From: an uncultured Oscillibacter sp.
GTDB taxonomy: Bacteria; Bacillota; Clostridia; Oscillospirales; Oscillospiraceae
NCBI GenBank assembly: GCA_900544615.1
Contig: UQVS01000001.1
Location: 22,998-86,997, forward strand
Direction: 5' to 3'
Length of the DNA stretch: 64,000 nucleotides
This document shows positions 1-11,266 of the stretch, in pieces. A model generated the notes under the pieces. That model was not told where the DNA came from. It saw only the letters and a program-made list of their open reading frames with translations, and did no database searches. A program made the position numbers and the translations under genes. How positions within the stretch are numbered: position 1 is the first letter of the stretch; each line of letters begins with the position of its first letter.

Positions 1-1116
1 ATCCAGCACGGACTCCGCCTTCACCACGTCCTCCAGTACTGGCCGGGTGGCGGGATGGCGGGGGGTAAATACGGTGCAGCAGTCCTCATAGGGCAGGATG
101 GAGGTTTCGTAGGTGCCGATCTCGCGGGCCATGCGGATGATCTCCACCTTGTCAGTGCCGATAAGAGGACGCAGGACGGGCAGCTTCGTCACGTCCTCTG
201 TGACCCCCAGCGCCTTGATGGTCTGGCTGGCCACCTGCCCCAGAGATTCGCCTGTGACCAGCGCGGAGGCATGGGACTTCCGGGCTACCGCCTCTGCCAG
301 CCGCATCATGAAGCGGCGCATGATGAGTGTGAAATACTCCTCAGGACACTGGCGGCGGATCTCCTCCTGAATTTCCGTGAAGGGGATGATGTGAACGATC
401 ATCCGGCCGCAGTACACCGTCAGCAGGCGGGCCAGCTCCAGCACCTTGTCCTGCGCCAGCTGGGAGGTGTACGGAGGAGAGACGAAATGCACCATTTCCA
501 GCTCCACGCCCCGGCGGGCGATCATGTAGGAGGAAACGGGGCTGTCCAGACCGCCGGAGAGCAGGCTCACCGCCCGACCACCCATGCCAATGGGCAGTCC
601 GCCGGCGCCGGGGACGGAGGGCGCATGGACATAGGCGTGCTTTTCCCGGATCTCCACATACACGGTCAGGTCAGGATGGTGCATATCCGCCTTGACCTGG
701 AAAAACTCGCCCAGCTCGCCGCCTACATACTGGGAGATCTGAATGGAGTTCATGGGGAACTGCTTATCCGCCCGGCGGCTTTCCACCTTGAAGGTTCTGG
801 CTCTGGCAAACTCATCCGCCAGATAGGCCTTGGCAGTCTCCACAATAGCGTCCATGGTCTTGTCGCAGGGGACGGCTCTGGCCACCGTCACCACGCCGAA
901 GATCTGGCGGGCTGCCTTGTAGGCAGCCTCCATGTCGCAGGTTTCCGTCTGCGGCTCCACATAGATGGTACTCTGGCGAATGTAGATCTGGAAGCTGCCG
1001 CAGGGCTTCATCCGGCGGCGGACGTTGCTGACCAGCTTATCCTCAAAGCTGCGGCGGTTCAGGCCCTTCAGCACCACCTCGCCCAGCTTCAGCAGCAGCA
1101 TTTCGTTCTGATTCAT
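1..1116 (-). CDS. thiI: tRNA 4-thiouridine(8) synthase ThiI, C-terminus outside window
   Basis: Reverse-strand translation from the ATG at 1116-1114 (RBS GGAGGAAACGCT upstream) begins MNQNEMLLLKLGEVVLKG. It shows a THUMP-like N-terminal domain and the PP-loop SLLSGGLDSPV, and the ORF runs off the left edge. It is absent from the ORF track because no stop lies in the window. Confidence 0.8.
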   Translation of the reverse strand, partial: MNQNEMLLLKLGEVVLKGLNRRSFEDKLVSNVRRRMKPCGSFQIYIRQSTIYVEPQTETCDMEAAYKAARQIFGVVTVARAVPCDKTMDAIVETAKAYLADEFARARTFKVESRRADKQFPMNSIQISQYVGGELGEFFQVKADMHHPDLTVYVEIREKHAYVHAPSVPGAGGLPIGMGGRAVSLLSGGLDSPVSSYMIARRGVELEMVHFVSPPYTSQLAQDKVLELARLLTVYCGRMIVHIIPFTEIQEEIRRQCPEEYFTLIMRRFMMRLAEAVARKSHASALVTGESLGQVASQTIKALGVTEDVTKLPVLRPLIGTDKVEIIRMAREIGTYETSILPYEDCCTVFTPRHPATRPVLEDVVKAESVLD

Positions 1117-1236
1117 AGCGTTTCCTCCAATAAGAGATTATCCACAGCATAGCACATTTTGCCGGTCAGGAAAAGGGGAGATCCCGCTTTTTCCCGTGGC
1201 TTTCTTTCCAAAGATCCCTGGTCCGATCCGCCGGAT

Positions 1237-1265
1237 TTGACGGGAAGTCCGAAATCTGGTAAAAT
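1237..1265 (+). promoter_or_regulatory. sigma-A-like promoter for the SLH protein gene (TTGACG-17-TAAAAT with TG-extended -10)
   Basis: TTGACG at ~1237, a 17-nt spacer and TAAAAT at ~1260, about 75 nt upstream of the ATG at 1342. Confidence 0.5.
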
Positions 1266-1341
1266 GTATGGGAATTTTGCCCGAAAGCGGGAATAAAATC
1301 CGCAAAAAGGATCACCCTTTTTCCAAGGAGGACGATAGACG

Positions 1342-2814
1342 ATGCGAAAATTTGTGCAGAAGCTGACGGCGTGTCTCTGCCTGTGCGCCCTGCTGGGGAG
1401 CAGTCTGACGGTACCGGCACGGGCCGCCGGGTTTACGGACGTATCCTCCGGCCACTGGGCAGCGGAGGCCATCAGCCAGTGCGTGACCCATGGCTGGTTT
1501 CAGGGAAAGAATGCCGCCACCTTTGGGGTGGGGCAGCCCATGACCCGCGCGGCGTTTGCCGTGGTGCTGTGCCGGTTTTTCGGCTGGCAGGATCAGGGCG
1601 CTTCCTATCAGATTTTTTCCGATGTTCCTCAGGGCGCATGGTACGAGCCGGCTCTCCGGGCCTGTTATGAGCATGGAGCCGTCACCCGGCAGACGGATTC
1701 CTTCCGCCCGGCGTCTGCCATTACCCGTGAAGAGCTGGCCGTCATGCTGATCCGGGCCTTGGGATACGGCTCCATGGCCGGGCTGTTCAGCGAAACCTCT
1801 CTGCCCTTCCGGGATGTGACCACCAACCGGGGCTACATTGCCATGGCCTATGAGATGGGGCTGGTGAACGGGCTGGGCAGCAGCCTGTTTATGCCGCAGC
1901 GCGCCGCTACGCGGGAGCAGGCTGCCGTGATCCTCAGCCGTCTCTACGGAAAGCTGCATCCCGTCCGGCAGGAAACCATAGCCATGGTACGTTCCGTGGA
2001 AACGCTTCCCGACTTTACCGGCTGCCAGACGGCGGTGCTGATGGCCGGTACGCTTACCGGCAGCCAGAGTCCCCGCTTTGCCCCCTCCGGCAGTGAAAAG
2101 GAGTGGGAACAGGCGGCGAAGGCTGCCCGCGCGGCAGGCTGTAAGGTCTTGCTGGGCGTGTCCGGGCAGGCCGGTACCCTTGCGGCCGGAAGCGCTGCCG
2201 CAGCGCCGCTGGCGCAGGCGCTGACGGACAGCGGCTATGACGGGCTTTATCTGGACATTGCCCAGCGGGAATGGGCGGACGGTGCCCGCCTTACCCAACT
2301 GGTACAGGCGATCCGGAGCCTGACCGGCAGTGACAAGCTGCTCTGTGTATCAACGGATGCGCCGGTTCGCGGCGAACCGGCCCCGGATTATGCCGCCCTC
2401 AGCAAAACGGCGGATCGACTGGTACTGCGGGTCTCCGCCTACACGGATACGGAGTCGGCGGTGCCGGTGTGCGCCATGGAGCCGCTGGAAAACATCTGTT
2501 ATGCGCTGAGCGTTCTGAACGATCAGGTATTCGCCGGAAAGCTCTCCCTGCTGCTGACCGCTTCCGGGCAGGCCCGGAAGAGCGGCGGCCGATTCTCCGG
2601 CATTGACGAAACCGCCCTGAACGCTCTGCTTCAGAAAGGCACGGCCTACTACTCTGACCGCTACGCCTGCGCCTATGTGGAAGCAGGGGACACCACAGCA
2701 TGGTATCTGGATGGCCGCGCTCTTGACGCCCGCCGCCAGCTGCTGAACTGTTTCGGCGTGAATTCCCTGTGCCTGAGTACTCTGAACGGAACCCTGAATC
2801 CGACAGAAAACTGA
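1342..2814 (+). CDS. S-layer homology (3x SLH) domain protein with C-terminal GH18-like (chitinase-like/YaaH-like, probably non-catalytic) domain
   Basis: RBS AAGGAGG 8 nt before the ATG and a signal peptide. There are three repeats of the FxDVxxxxWxxxAI SLH motif, and the C-terminal region has a GYDGLYLDI GH18-like signature. Confidence 0.7.
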   Translation: MRKFVQKLTACLCLCALLGSSLTVPARAAGFTDVSSGHWAAEAISQCVTHGWFQGKNAATFGVGQPMTRAAFAVVLCRFFGWQDQGASYQIFSDVPQGAWYEPALRACYEHGAVTRQTDSFRPASAITREELAVMLIRALGYGSMAGLFSETSLPFRDVTTNRGYIAMAYEMGLVNGLGSSLFMPQRAATREQAAVILSRLYGKLHPVRQETIAMVRSVETLPDFTGCQTAVLMAGTLTGSQSPRFAPSGSEKEWEQAAKAARAAGCKVLLGVSGQAGTLAAGSAAAAPLAQALTDSGYDGLYLDIAQREWADGARLTQLVQAIRSLTGSDKLLCVSTDAPVRGEPAPDYAALSKTADRLVLRVSAYTDTESAVPVCAMEPLENICYALSVLNDQVFAGKLSLLLTASGQARKSGGRFSGIDETALNALLQKGTAYYSDRYACAYVEAGDTTAWYLDGRALDARRQLLNCFGVNSLCLSTLNGTLNPTEN

Positions 2815-2819
2815 AAAAG

Positions 2820-2863
2820 AACCGCCCCGTTCCATTTGGATGGAACGGGGCGGTATTTTATCC
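2820..2863 (+). terminator. rho-independent terminator of the SLH gene
   Basis: Hairpin CCGCCCCGTTCCAT-TTGG-ATGGAACGGGGCGG followed by TATTTTAT. Confidence 0.8.
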
Positions 2864-2889
2864 TGAATTCCAGCTGCGGCCTGTATTTC

Positions 2890-3125
2890 ACACGCACAGC
2901 GCTGGCCCGCCGCTCTGCGGCGGGCAGGAAGACTCGTCCAGCTTCAGGACGGCCAGGAATGCCTCCGTGGGCATCTGCACCTCGTCGTCGCAAAGTCCGC
3001 TGCATTCCGTTTCTGCCTTACGGCAAAAACTTCATCTGCTCCCTTGCTCCTCCGTTTCCCACCGAAACCGCTTGCGCTGAGTTTCGGCGGGAACCCTGTT
3101 ATGCGCGCATCTTCTTTTTGCCTTT
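2890..3125 (-). repeat. degenerate tandem pseudo-copy of the lepA 3' end plus ~45 nt of downstream flank, interrupted by a 119-bp hairpin-containing insert
   Basis: 2938-2980 is 42/43 identical to 3224-3266 (lepA last codons). 3101-3124 matches 3277-3300. 2893-2937 is ~80% identical to 3166-3212. Confidence 0.75.
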
Positions 3126-3215
3126 TGAAAACGCTCCGCGTTTCAAAAGCTGATTGAAATAACGGCGCACAGCGCCGGCTCGCCGCTTTGCGGCTCGTAG
3201 GAAGGCAAAAAGAGA

Positions 3216-5021
<1,806 letters not shown>

Positions 5022-5089
5022 ACAGATAAAACCTCCGTAGGCAGATCCACGCGAATCCCGCATGGCGCAAATTTCAATTGGATCGCGGC

Positions 5090-6169
5090 TTATGACGCCG
5101 CGGTATGGAACTGAATCCAGTAGTTTTCGTCCCAGAATTTATCATAGTCGTAGTTTACCACAAAATCCCGCCAGTTGGCGAGAATTTCCTGATAATTTTC
5201 CGCCGTCAGCAGGTCTGCGCCGGAGCGGATCTTGTCCAGCACCAGTTCTCCCGCCTCGGCAGAGTGATGCACATAGTCGCAGTAGTAATCCAGCTGTTCG
5301 ATGATCTCCCGGTCAAAGAGCAGCCCGTGGAGGGTGATATTCTCATAGGGCAGCAGCGTCTCGCAGGCCAGCTTCAGTGCGGCAAATACCGCGTCCGTCT
5401 CGCCCGTGCGGCCGATCTTGTCCCAGTAGAGAATACTGTAGGGGGAGAGGAAGAGATCAAACTCCACATCCGGGTACGTCTCCGCCCAGCGGGTCACTAC
5501 CGCCAGATTCTTCGCGGTATCCGCCAGCAGGCCGTCCTCCGGCATCTTCTCTGCCGCAATGTCGGGACGCTGATACTCCTCCAGCGCCGTCATGTGATTC
5601 CACCAGACGGTGTTATCCCAGGAAAACCCCTCATCCAGCGTTTCCCCCTGCCCCCAGCGCTGGCACATGAGGGCATAGAGGCTGTAGTAAAGAACGTCCT
5701 TATTCAGCAGGTATTTCGCATCGTTGACGGGGTTCGCGTCATAGAGATAGCCGGGCATAGCCCCGGTCACGCCGTCCGGCGAGCGGGTGAAAATGTTGGT
5801 ATCCATGGCGAAGATGACCCGCTTGGGCCTGTGCGTCCGCATGAGAAGCCCCATCACCTGATCGAACTCGCTGAAGTAGCCGTCCGGGATGGTAAGGCGC
5901 AGGCCGGTTCCGCCGAATACCTCGCCGATCTCGCTGCCCCGGTAGTTGGCCGCCATGGAGGAACCGATAAGAACCACGTCCGCCGGGTTGTTTCGGACGA
6001 TTCCGGCCGTCTGATAACGCTCGCTGAAAAAGACCGGCTTGCGGTCTGCGGGCATCCGATAGTAAAAGCAGGGATCTACCCGCCAGACAAAGGCGGCGCA
6101 GGCCACCAGCACCAGAATCAGCCCCAGAAGCAGGCCCAAAGTCCATTTACGATAGGTATGCTGTTCCAC
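5090..6169 (-). CDS. DHHW/DltD-like (SGNH-fold) partner protein of the MBOAT acyltransferase
   Basis: N-terminal TM anchor and a 359-aa extracytoplasmic domain, sitting immediately downstream of the MBOAT gene (16-nt gap). GTG start with RBS GAGAGGAGA. The family assignment rests on synteny and general composition, not on a strict motif. Confidence 0.6.
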   Translation of the reverse strand: MEQHTYRKWTLGLLLGLILVLVACAAFVWRVDPCFYYRMPADRKPVFFSERYQTAGIVRNNPADVVLIGSSMAANYRGSEIGEVFGGTGLRLTIPDGYFSEFDQVMGLLMRTHRPKRVIFAMDTNIFTRSPDGVTGAMPGYLYDANPVNDAKYLLNKDVLYYSLYALMCQRWGQGETLDEGFSWDNTVWWNHMTALEEYQRPDIAAEKMPEDGLLADTAKNLAVVTRWAETYPDVEFDLFLSPYSILYWDKIGRTGETDAVFAALKLACETLLPYENITLHGLLFDREIIEQLDYYCDYVHHSAEAGELVLDKIRSGADLLTAENYQEILANWRDFVVNYDYDKFWDENYWIQFHTAAS

Positions 6170-6185
6170 GGCAGGGTCTCCTCTC

Positions 6186-7595
6186 TCAGAAATTGGAATA
6201 GATAAACGTCACCACGCCGGTGAAGGACAGAATGGACCACGCCGCCAGCACCAGCACATACAATCCACTGCGCCAGTTAGGGCGGAATGCATCCATCTGC
6301 CGGATCACATTCCGGGGCCACAGCGCCGCCAGCAAACTGATACCCAGCACGGCCCCCACCCGGAGATACACAGTGTACGGCTCGATTTTTGGGATCAGGA
6401 TCAGCAGGGCGCTCAGCTCCCGCGCAAACAGCCCCTTGGCCAGCCACAGCGGGATCCCGCCGATGCCGCCTGCCACCGCCGTTTTCAGCAGTGCAAAGGC
6501 CGCAGAAAGATCCGGCGCACGGAAAAAGACCCACGCGACGTTGATAAACAGGAACGTCACCGCCCAGCGCAGCCATTTGGGGAGGGCGTCCCGGCCCTTG
6601 CCCCACAGCCGTTCCAGCACCTGCGCCAGACCGTGGAGCATTCCCCAGAGGATAAACGTCCAGCCCGCGCCGTGCCAGATCCCGCTGACGAGGTATACCA
6701 GCAGAATGTTCAGGTAAGTCCGGCCCTTTCCCTTTCGGCTGCCGCCCAGCGGGAAATAGACGTTTTCCCGGAGGAAAGAGGTCAGGGTCATGTGCCAGCG
6801 CTTCCAGAACTCCGTCACCGACAGGCTGCGGTAGGGGGAGTCGAAGTTCACCGGCAGCCGCAGTCCCAGCAGCCGCGCACAGCCGGAAGCAATATCGCAG
6901 TAACCGGAAAAATCGAAGTACAGCTGGAGGGTATAGCCCAGAATGACGCACCACGCCGTCGGCGCCGTCAGTCCGGCCAGATTACCCCAGCCGTTATTGA
7001 CCAGCACGCCCAGATTGTCCGCCAGCAGCACCTTTTTGGCAAGCCCCAGACCGAGGGCGTACAGTCCGGCCGCCGTATCCCTGGGCTGGGGAGACGCTTC
7101 CCGCAGCTGGGGGAAGAAATTCTGCGGCTTCAGGATGGGGCCGGAGGACACCGTAGGGAAGAAGAAACTGTAAGTCAGGTATTCCGCCGGAGCAGGCGCG
7201 TCAGGAAACGCGCCGGTGTATACCTCATGCAGATACCAGATCTGCTGAAAGGTGAAAAAGCTGATGCCCAGCGGCACAAACGGCGTCTGCACTGCGCCGC
7301 CGGTGAGAAAGCCGGTGTACTTGAAAATTCCCAGCACCGCGACATGATAGCAAACGGCGGCCAGAAACACGCCCCGGCGGCGCTGCCGCCGCAGGGAATT
7401 GCCTGCCAGCAGGCTGACGGCAGAGGACGCCGCCAGCAGGCCGCAGCTCCACCAGACCCCGGCGGCGCCGTTCCAGAGATAGAACACCAGACTGGCCGCC
7501 AGCAGCGCCCAGACCTGCCGTTTCTGACCCAGCAGGCGGCAGGCGCAGACCGTGACGGTGAGAAAGGCCAGAAAGGCCAGCGACTGTACGTTCAT
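6186..7595 (-). CDS. MBOAT family membrane-bound O-acyltransferase (AlgI/DltB-like)
   Basis: Polytopic membrane protein with the conserved MBOAT His region SGIWHGAGWTFILWGMLHG and the FTFQQIWYLHEVY segment. Confidence 0.85.
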   Translation of the reverse strand: MNVQSLAFLAFLTVTVCACRLLGQKRQVWALLAASLVFYLWNGAAGVWWSCGLLAASSAVSLLAGNSLRRQRRRGVFLAAVCYHVAVLGIFKYTGFLTGGAVQTPFVPLGISFFTFQQIWYLHEVYTGAFPDAPAPAEYLTYSFFFPTVSSGPILKPQNFFPQLREASPQPRDTAAGLYALGLGLAKKVLLADNLGVLVNNGWGNLAGLTAPTAWCVILGYTLQLYFDFSGYCDIASGCARLLGLRLPVNFDSPYRSLSVTEFWKRWHMTLTSFLRENVYFPLGGSRKGKGRTYLNILLVYLVSGIWHGAGWTFILWGMLHGLAQVLERLWGKGRDALPKWLRWAVTFLFINVAWVFFRAPDLSAAFALLKTAVAGGIGGIPLWLAKGLFARELSALLILIPKIEPYTVYLRVGAVLGISLLAALWPRNVIRQMDAFRPNWRSGLYVLVLAAWSILSFTGVVTFIYSNF

Positions 7596-8281
7596 CCGTT
7601 CCGCTCCATCTGGTTCAGACGGTTCAGCTGGCCGTCCGCCGTGCTGAGTACCTGTACGAAGCCCTGACTCCGGCCGGGATAGGCATTGTTCACCGCCTCA
7701 TGGGACAGATCCGGGAAGTTGGCCTTTTCCCGCGCCAGATTCCGAATGGCCCGCGCATAGTCCGCCTGCGCCAGAGACGCCCCAGCAGAGGCAGTACCGG
7801 AGGCGCAGTCCTCCTCCGGCAGAGCAAAGTATTCTGGGCTGCCGCCTGCGGCCCGGTGAAGCATCCGGTACAGCAGATAGATCTGACAGCCCAGACTGTC
7901 TGCCGCCGCATTGATGGCGGCCTTGTCGCCCAGCTTTCCCAGCAGGCCGAACAGCACGCCGCAGGCGCTGGTAAGGAGCTTGCCCCGCAGCGTAGCCAGC
8001 ACGCTGCCCTGTAATACATTGCCCGGCTCCGCCATGTCCAGAACCTCTTCCGGCGTCAGCATACTGCCGTCGCGGGCCAGCGTGCGGCCCAGCATATAGT
8101 CGGCGGAGACGTGATAATAGTCGCAGGCCTTGACCACAAAGGCCAGACCCGGTTCCCGGATACCGTTTTCATAGTGACTCAGCAGCGCCTGAGAAACGCC
8201 CAGATCTGCGGCGGCCATCCGCTGGGAAACGCCCCGCTCCTTACGCAGCAGGGAGAGCGTCCTGGAAAATTCTGTTGACAT
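7592..8281 (-). CDS. XRE-family HTH transcriptional regulator with ~160-aa C-terminal extension, translationally coupled to MBOAT
   Basis: LSLLRKERGVSQRMAAADLGVSQALLSHYENGIREP is a Cro/C1-type HTH. Start chosen at MSTEF (RBS GGAGGG, 7 nt). Its stop overlaps the MBOAT ATG (ATGA-type overlap). Confidence 0.75.
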   Translation of the reverse strand: MSTEFSRTLSLLRKERGVSQRMAAADLGVSQALLSHYENGIREPGLAFVVKACDYYHVSADYMLGRTLARDGSMLTPEEVLDMAEPGNVLQGSVLATLRGKLLTSACGVLFGLLGKLGDKAAINAAADSLGCQIYLLYRMLHRAAGGSPEYFALPEEDCASGTASAGASLAQADYARAIRNLAREKANFPDLSHEAVNNAYPGRSQGFVQVLSTADGQLNRLNQMERNG

Positions 8282-8394
8282 GGATTTCCCTCCGTGAAAC
8301 AGCCGGGGCATTGCCCCGGCCGAAATGATTCAATACACAACGTATAGTTTACCAGAGGCGATACAATAAGTAAAGAGAAATTCTGCCTGAAATC

Positions 8395-8427
8395 AGAAAA
8401 ACCGGTGCATGATGCACCGGTTTTTTC
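8395..8427. terminator. bidirectional terminator (A-run/palindrome/T-run)
   Basis: AAAAACCGGTGCATGATGCACCGGTTTTTT. Confidence 0.8.
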
Positions 8428-8436
8428 CGAAAAGTC

Positions 8437-9318
8437 TCAGAACAGCCCCACCTGATCCGGCAGCTCACTTTTGCCGATGCTGCGGAGCTGGCGGGTATTG
8501 GCCTCCAGCAGCCGGTCGGTGATGGTCATTTTCCGCAGGATATCCCGCACGGTACGATCCAGCTCCGTATCCGCCCGGTAGTCCGCCGGGAAGATGAAAT
8601 CCACCCGTCCGTCCCCCAGCAGCTTTTCCACACCCTGCCGGTTGGTGGACTGGTAAACGGCAATGGCCTGCCCGCCGTAGGCCCGCATCATCTTCATGCA
8701 GGGGACATCCGACAGGCCGTCGCCGATGTAGATCATGTTGGTGAAGGGGATTCGCTTGGAGTTATCCGGCATGGAGTCGTTCAGCTCCTTATCCCGCGAG
8801 ACATCCAGAATCCCCTTGTTGATGCGGTAGACAAACTGGGTCTTGTTGGTGAAATTCACGTCCAGCTTGGGCCAGCAGGCGTCGCCGTGTTCATTGTAGT
8901 AGAATTCGCAGGCATAGATCTCCCGGAACTCATGGGCAATGCCGCTGCCCTCAATGATCTCCCGCAGGCCGGAGGAGATGACATAATGCTCCACCTGCAC
9001 CCCCAGCGTTTCACCAAAAGCGTTAATCCGGGCAAACCAGTCCCGCACGCCGGGGAACAGCTGGATGGACTGGCCGCAGCGGTTCAGGAACGCCCGGTTC
9101 AACTGGATGCCCTGCGCGGCACACTCCTGAATCATGGTGTACATATAGGCCAGCAGGCCGTCCATGCGGTTCTCCCAGCCAAATGCATTGGCTTTTCCCC
9201 AGAATTCCGCCGGGGTATAGCCCAGGGAGGGGATGAAGGCGTAATCCTCCATATCCGTGGTACACAGGGTCTTATCAAAGTCGTACAAAAAGGCAATGAT
9301 CGGCGCTTGCTTGTCCAT
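8437..9318 (-). CDS. HAD-superfamily hydrolase
   Basis: YDFDKTL (motif I) and a GDGLSD motif. RBS AGGAGGAA. Confidence 0.7.
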   Translation of the reverse strand: MDKQAPIIAFLYDFDKTLCTTDMEDYAFIPSLGYTPAEFWGKANAFGWENRMDGLLAYMYTMIQECAAQGIQLNRAFLNRCGQSIQLFPGVRDWFARINAFGETLGVQVEHYVISSGLREIIEGSGIAHEFREIYACEFYYNEHGDACWPKLDVNFTNKTQFVYRINKGILDVSRDKELNDSMPDNSKRIPFTNMIYIGDGLSDVPCMKMMRAYGGQAIAVYQSTNRQGVEKLLGDGRVDFIFPADYRADTELDRTVRDILRKMTITDRLLEANTRQLRSIGKSELPDQVGLF

Positions 9319-9338
9319 GGTGTTCCTCCTGAAAGAGC

Positions 9339-9366
9339 AAAAAGCGGCCCCATGGGCCGCTTTTTG
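9339..9366. terminator. bidirectional terminator between divIVA and the HAD gene
   Basis: AAAAAGCGGCCCC-ATGG-GGCCGCTTTTTG. Confidence 0.75.
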
Positions 9367-10086
9367 TCAGCTATTGTAATTGCGGCCGAATTTCAGCTCG
9401 TCCAGATTGATCTGGCGGGTTGCGGAAAGATCCGGGAAATCCGCAAAGGGATCACCGGTCTCCGCGGCTGCATCTGCCTGTCCGGCAGGCTCTTCAACCG
9501 CTTCCGCGGCAGGCTCCGCCGTCCCGGAAGCATCCTGCTCCGCAGCGGCAGGCTCCGCGTTGAACGCGGCCATGACGTGATCTTCGATCTCCTGAACGGG
9601 GGAGTCCTCCTCCGCTTCCTCCACCGGCAGCTCCACGGGCCGCTGGGGCAGCTCCGTCAGGAGCTGGATCTCCTTGTCGCACACGGCCCGGATGGCGGCG
9701 GAGAACTTCTCCAGCTCCGCCTGACTCTGGCGCAGGCGCTCCTCGTTGGCGGCCGTCTCGTTTTTCAGCCGGGTGATCTTCATCTTGGCGTCGATTTCCG
9801 CCTGGGTCATCATCTGATCCCGCTTCTGCTCGGCTTCCTTCACAATGGAGTCCGCCATCCGCTGGGCGGTCAGCAGGGTAGCCCGCATGGAATCCTCGGT
9901 AGCGCGGTATTCCTCCACCTTTTCCACCAGAACCTTCAGCTTGGCCTTCAGGGCCGCGTTTTCTTTATAGAGGGCCGTGTAATCATCGGTCAGCTCATCC
10001 AGAAATTCGTCCACCATGGCCATGTTGTAGCCGCCGAAGGACGCCTTGGAAAAGGAATGAGTAGAAACCTCCTGAGGTGTCAGCAT
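9367..10086 (-). CDS. divIVA: DivIVA domain cell-division protein
   Basis: MLTPQEVSTHSFSKASFGGYNMAMVDEFLDEL N-terminal DivIVA domain with coiled-coil and an acidic tail. ATG at the third residue of the track ORF, with GGGAGGA 8 nt upstream. Confidence 0.85.
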   Translation of the reverse strand: MLTPQEVSTHSFSKASFGGYNMAMVDEFLDELTDDYTALYKENAALKAKLKVLVEKVEEYRATEDSMRATLLTAQRMADSIVKEAEQKRDQMMTQAEIDAKMKITRLKNETAANEERLRQSQAELEKFSAAIRAVCDKEIQLLTELPQRPVELPVEEAEEDSPVQEIEDHVMAAFNAEPAAAEQDASGTAEPAAEAVEEPAGQADAAAETGDPFADFPDLSATRQINLDELKFGRNYNS

Positions 10087-10104
10087 ATCCAATATCCTCC
10101 CTGC

Positions 10105-10536
10105 TTAGAAATACAAGCCGTTGCTTTCCAGCTCGTCAATGAGGTCGCCCTCCAGCTCCACATGGTAGGGGGTGATGATGTAGGTGTTGGCCGCCACTTT
10201 CTTGATCTTGCCCTCGCCGGCATAGGCCACGCCGGACAAAAAGTCCACCAGACGCCGGGCCACATCCTTGTTGGTGGATTCCAGATTCAGCACCACGGTC
10301 CGCTTGTCCTTCAGCTGGTCGGCGATCTCCGAGGCGTTTTCAAAGCGGTCGGGCTTTACCAGCACCACCTTCAGCTGGGTGGTGGCGTGGATATTCACCA
10401 CCTTGTTCCGGCGGTCCTCCGCCTTGTTGCGGCGATCTTCAAAAGAGCGCTCCCGCGGCTCTTCAAAATCCTCGTATTCCTCATCCTCGTCGTCGTAGGG
10501 ATGGGTCAGCTTTTTCAGCTCGTCAAAAATGCCCAT
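10105..10536 (-). CDS. sepF: cell division protein SepF
   Basis: Begins MGIFDELKKL with an acidic linker and a C-terminal SepF domain (KVVLVKPDRFENASEIADQLKDKRTVVLNLE). RBS AGGAGG 7 nt upstream. Confidence 0.85.
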   Translation of the reverse strand: MGIFDELKKLTHPYDDEDEEYEDFEEPRERSFEDRRNKAEDRRNKVVNIHATTQLKVVLVKPDRFENASEIADQLKDKRTVVLNLESTNKDVARRLVDFLSGVAYAGEGKIKKVAANTYIITPYHVELEGDLIDELESNGLYF

Positions 10537-10553
10537 GCCAGAACCTCCTGCAA

Positions 10554-11249
10554 TCAAGTGGGATAATGCCGGGCGCCGAAAATCGCGGTGCCCACGCGAA
10601 CCATGGTGGCGCCGTTCCGAATGGCATCCTCGAAATCGCCGCTCATACCCATGGAGAGACATTCTAACTCATTATGGAACAATTTCTCATTGATGTCAAC
10701 ATAAAGTGCCCGGACTTCCTGAAAATAGTGAATATTTTCCTCCCGGCTGCAATCCGCAGGGGGGATGGTCATCAGGCCGTGTACCCGGACATGCTCCATG
10801 TCAAGCGCCGCCCTGGCGGCGTCCTCCAGTTCGGCGGGGGCGAAGCCGCTTTTGGCCTCCTCGCCGCCGATGTTGACCTCCAGCAGAATGTCCTGCACGA
10901 TGCCCTGCTTCTCCGCCTCTTTTTCAATGGCTTCCAGCAGGGGAAGGGACCCCACGGACTGGATCAGAGCCACCTTGCCCACCACCTGTTTGACCTTGTT
11001 ACGCTGGAGGTGGCCGATAAAGTGCAGGGGCGCGCCATCATAGGCGTGCTGCGCCAGCTTTTCCGTCATCTCCTGTACCCGGTTCTCGCCCAGTACGTCG
11101 ATGCCGGCGGCAATGGCCTCCCGGCAGGCGGCGGCGTCATTCATCTTGCTGGCGCCCACCAGCGTGATCTCTCCGGCCTCCCGGCCGCTTTCGGCACAGG
11201 CGGCGGCAATGCGGCTGCGGATCTCGGCAATGTTGGTCTGGATTGACAT
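10554..11249 (-). CDS. yggS: YggS/YlmE family pyridoxal-phosphate homeostasis protein
   Basis: 231 aa with the VGASKMND PLP-lysine region, in the conserved ylmE-sepF-divIVA order. Confidence 0.85.
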   Translation of the reverse strand: MSIQTNIAEIRSRIAAACAESGREAGEITLVGASKMNDAAACREAIAAGIDVLGENRVQEMTEKLAQHAYDGAPLHFIGHLQRNKVKQVVGKVALIQSVGSLPLLEAIEKEAEKQGIVQDILLEVNIGGEEAKSGFAPAELEDAARAALDMEHVRVHGLMTIPPADCSREENIHYFQEVRALYVDINEKLFHNELECLSMGMSGDFEDAIRNGATMVRVGTAIFGARHYPT

Positions 11250-11266
11250 ATCAATTCCTTCTTTCT

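Noticed and set aside
1138-1146. Perfect DnaA box TTATCCACA upstream of thiI (and TTTTCCACA at ~48757)
   Set aside because: These are single isolated occurrences that could be chance or minor DnaA-regulated sites. They are not an origin, and are mentioned only as context under the oriC finding.
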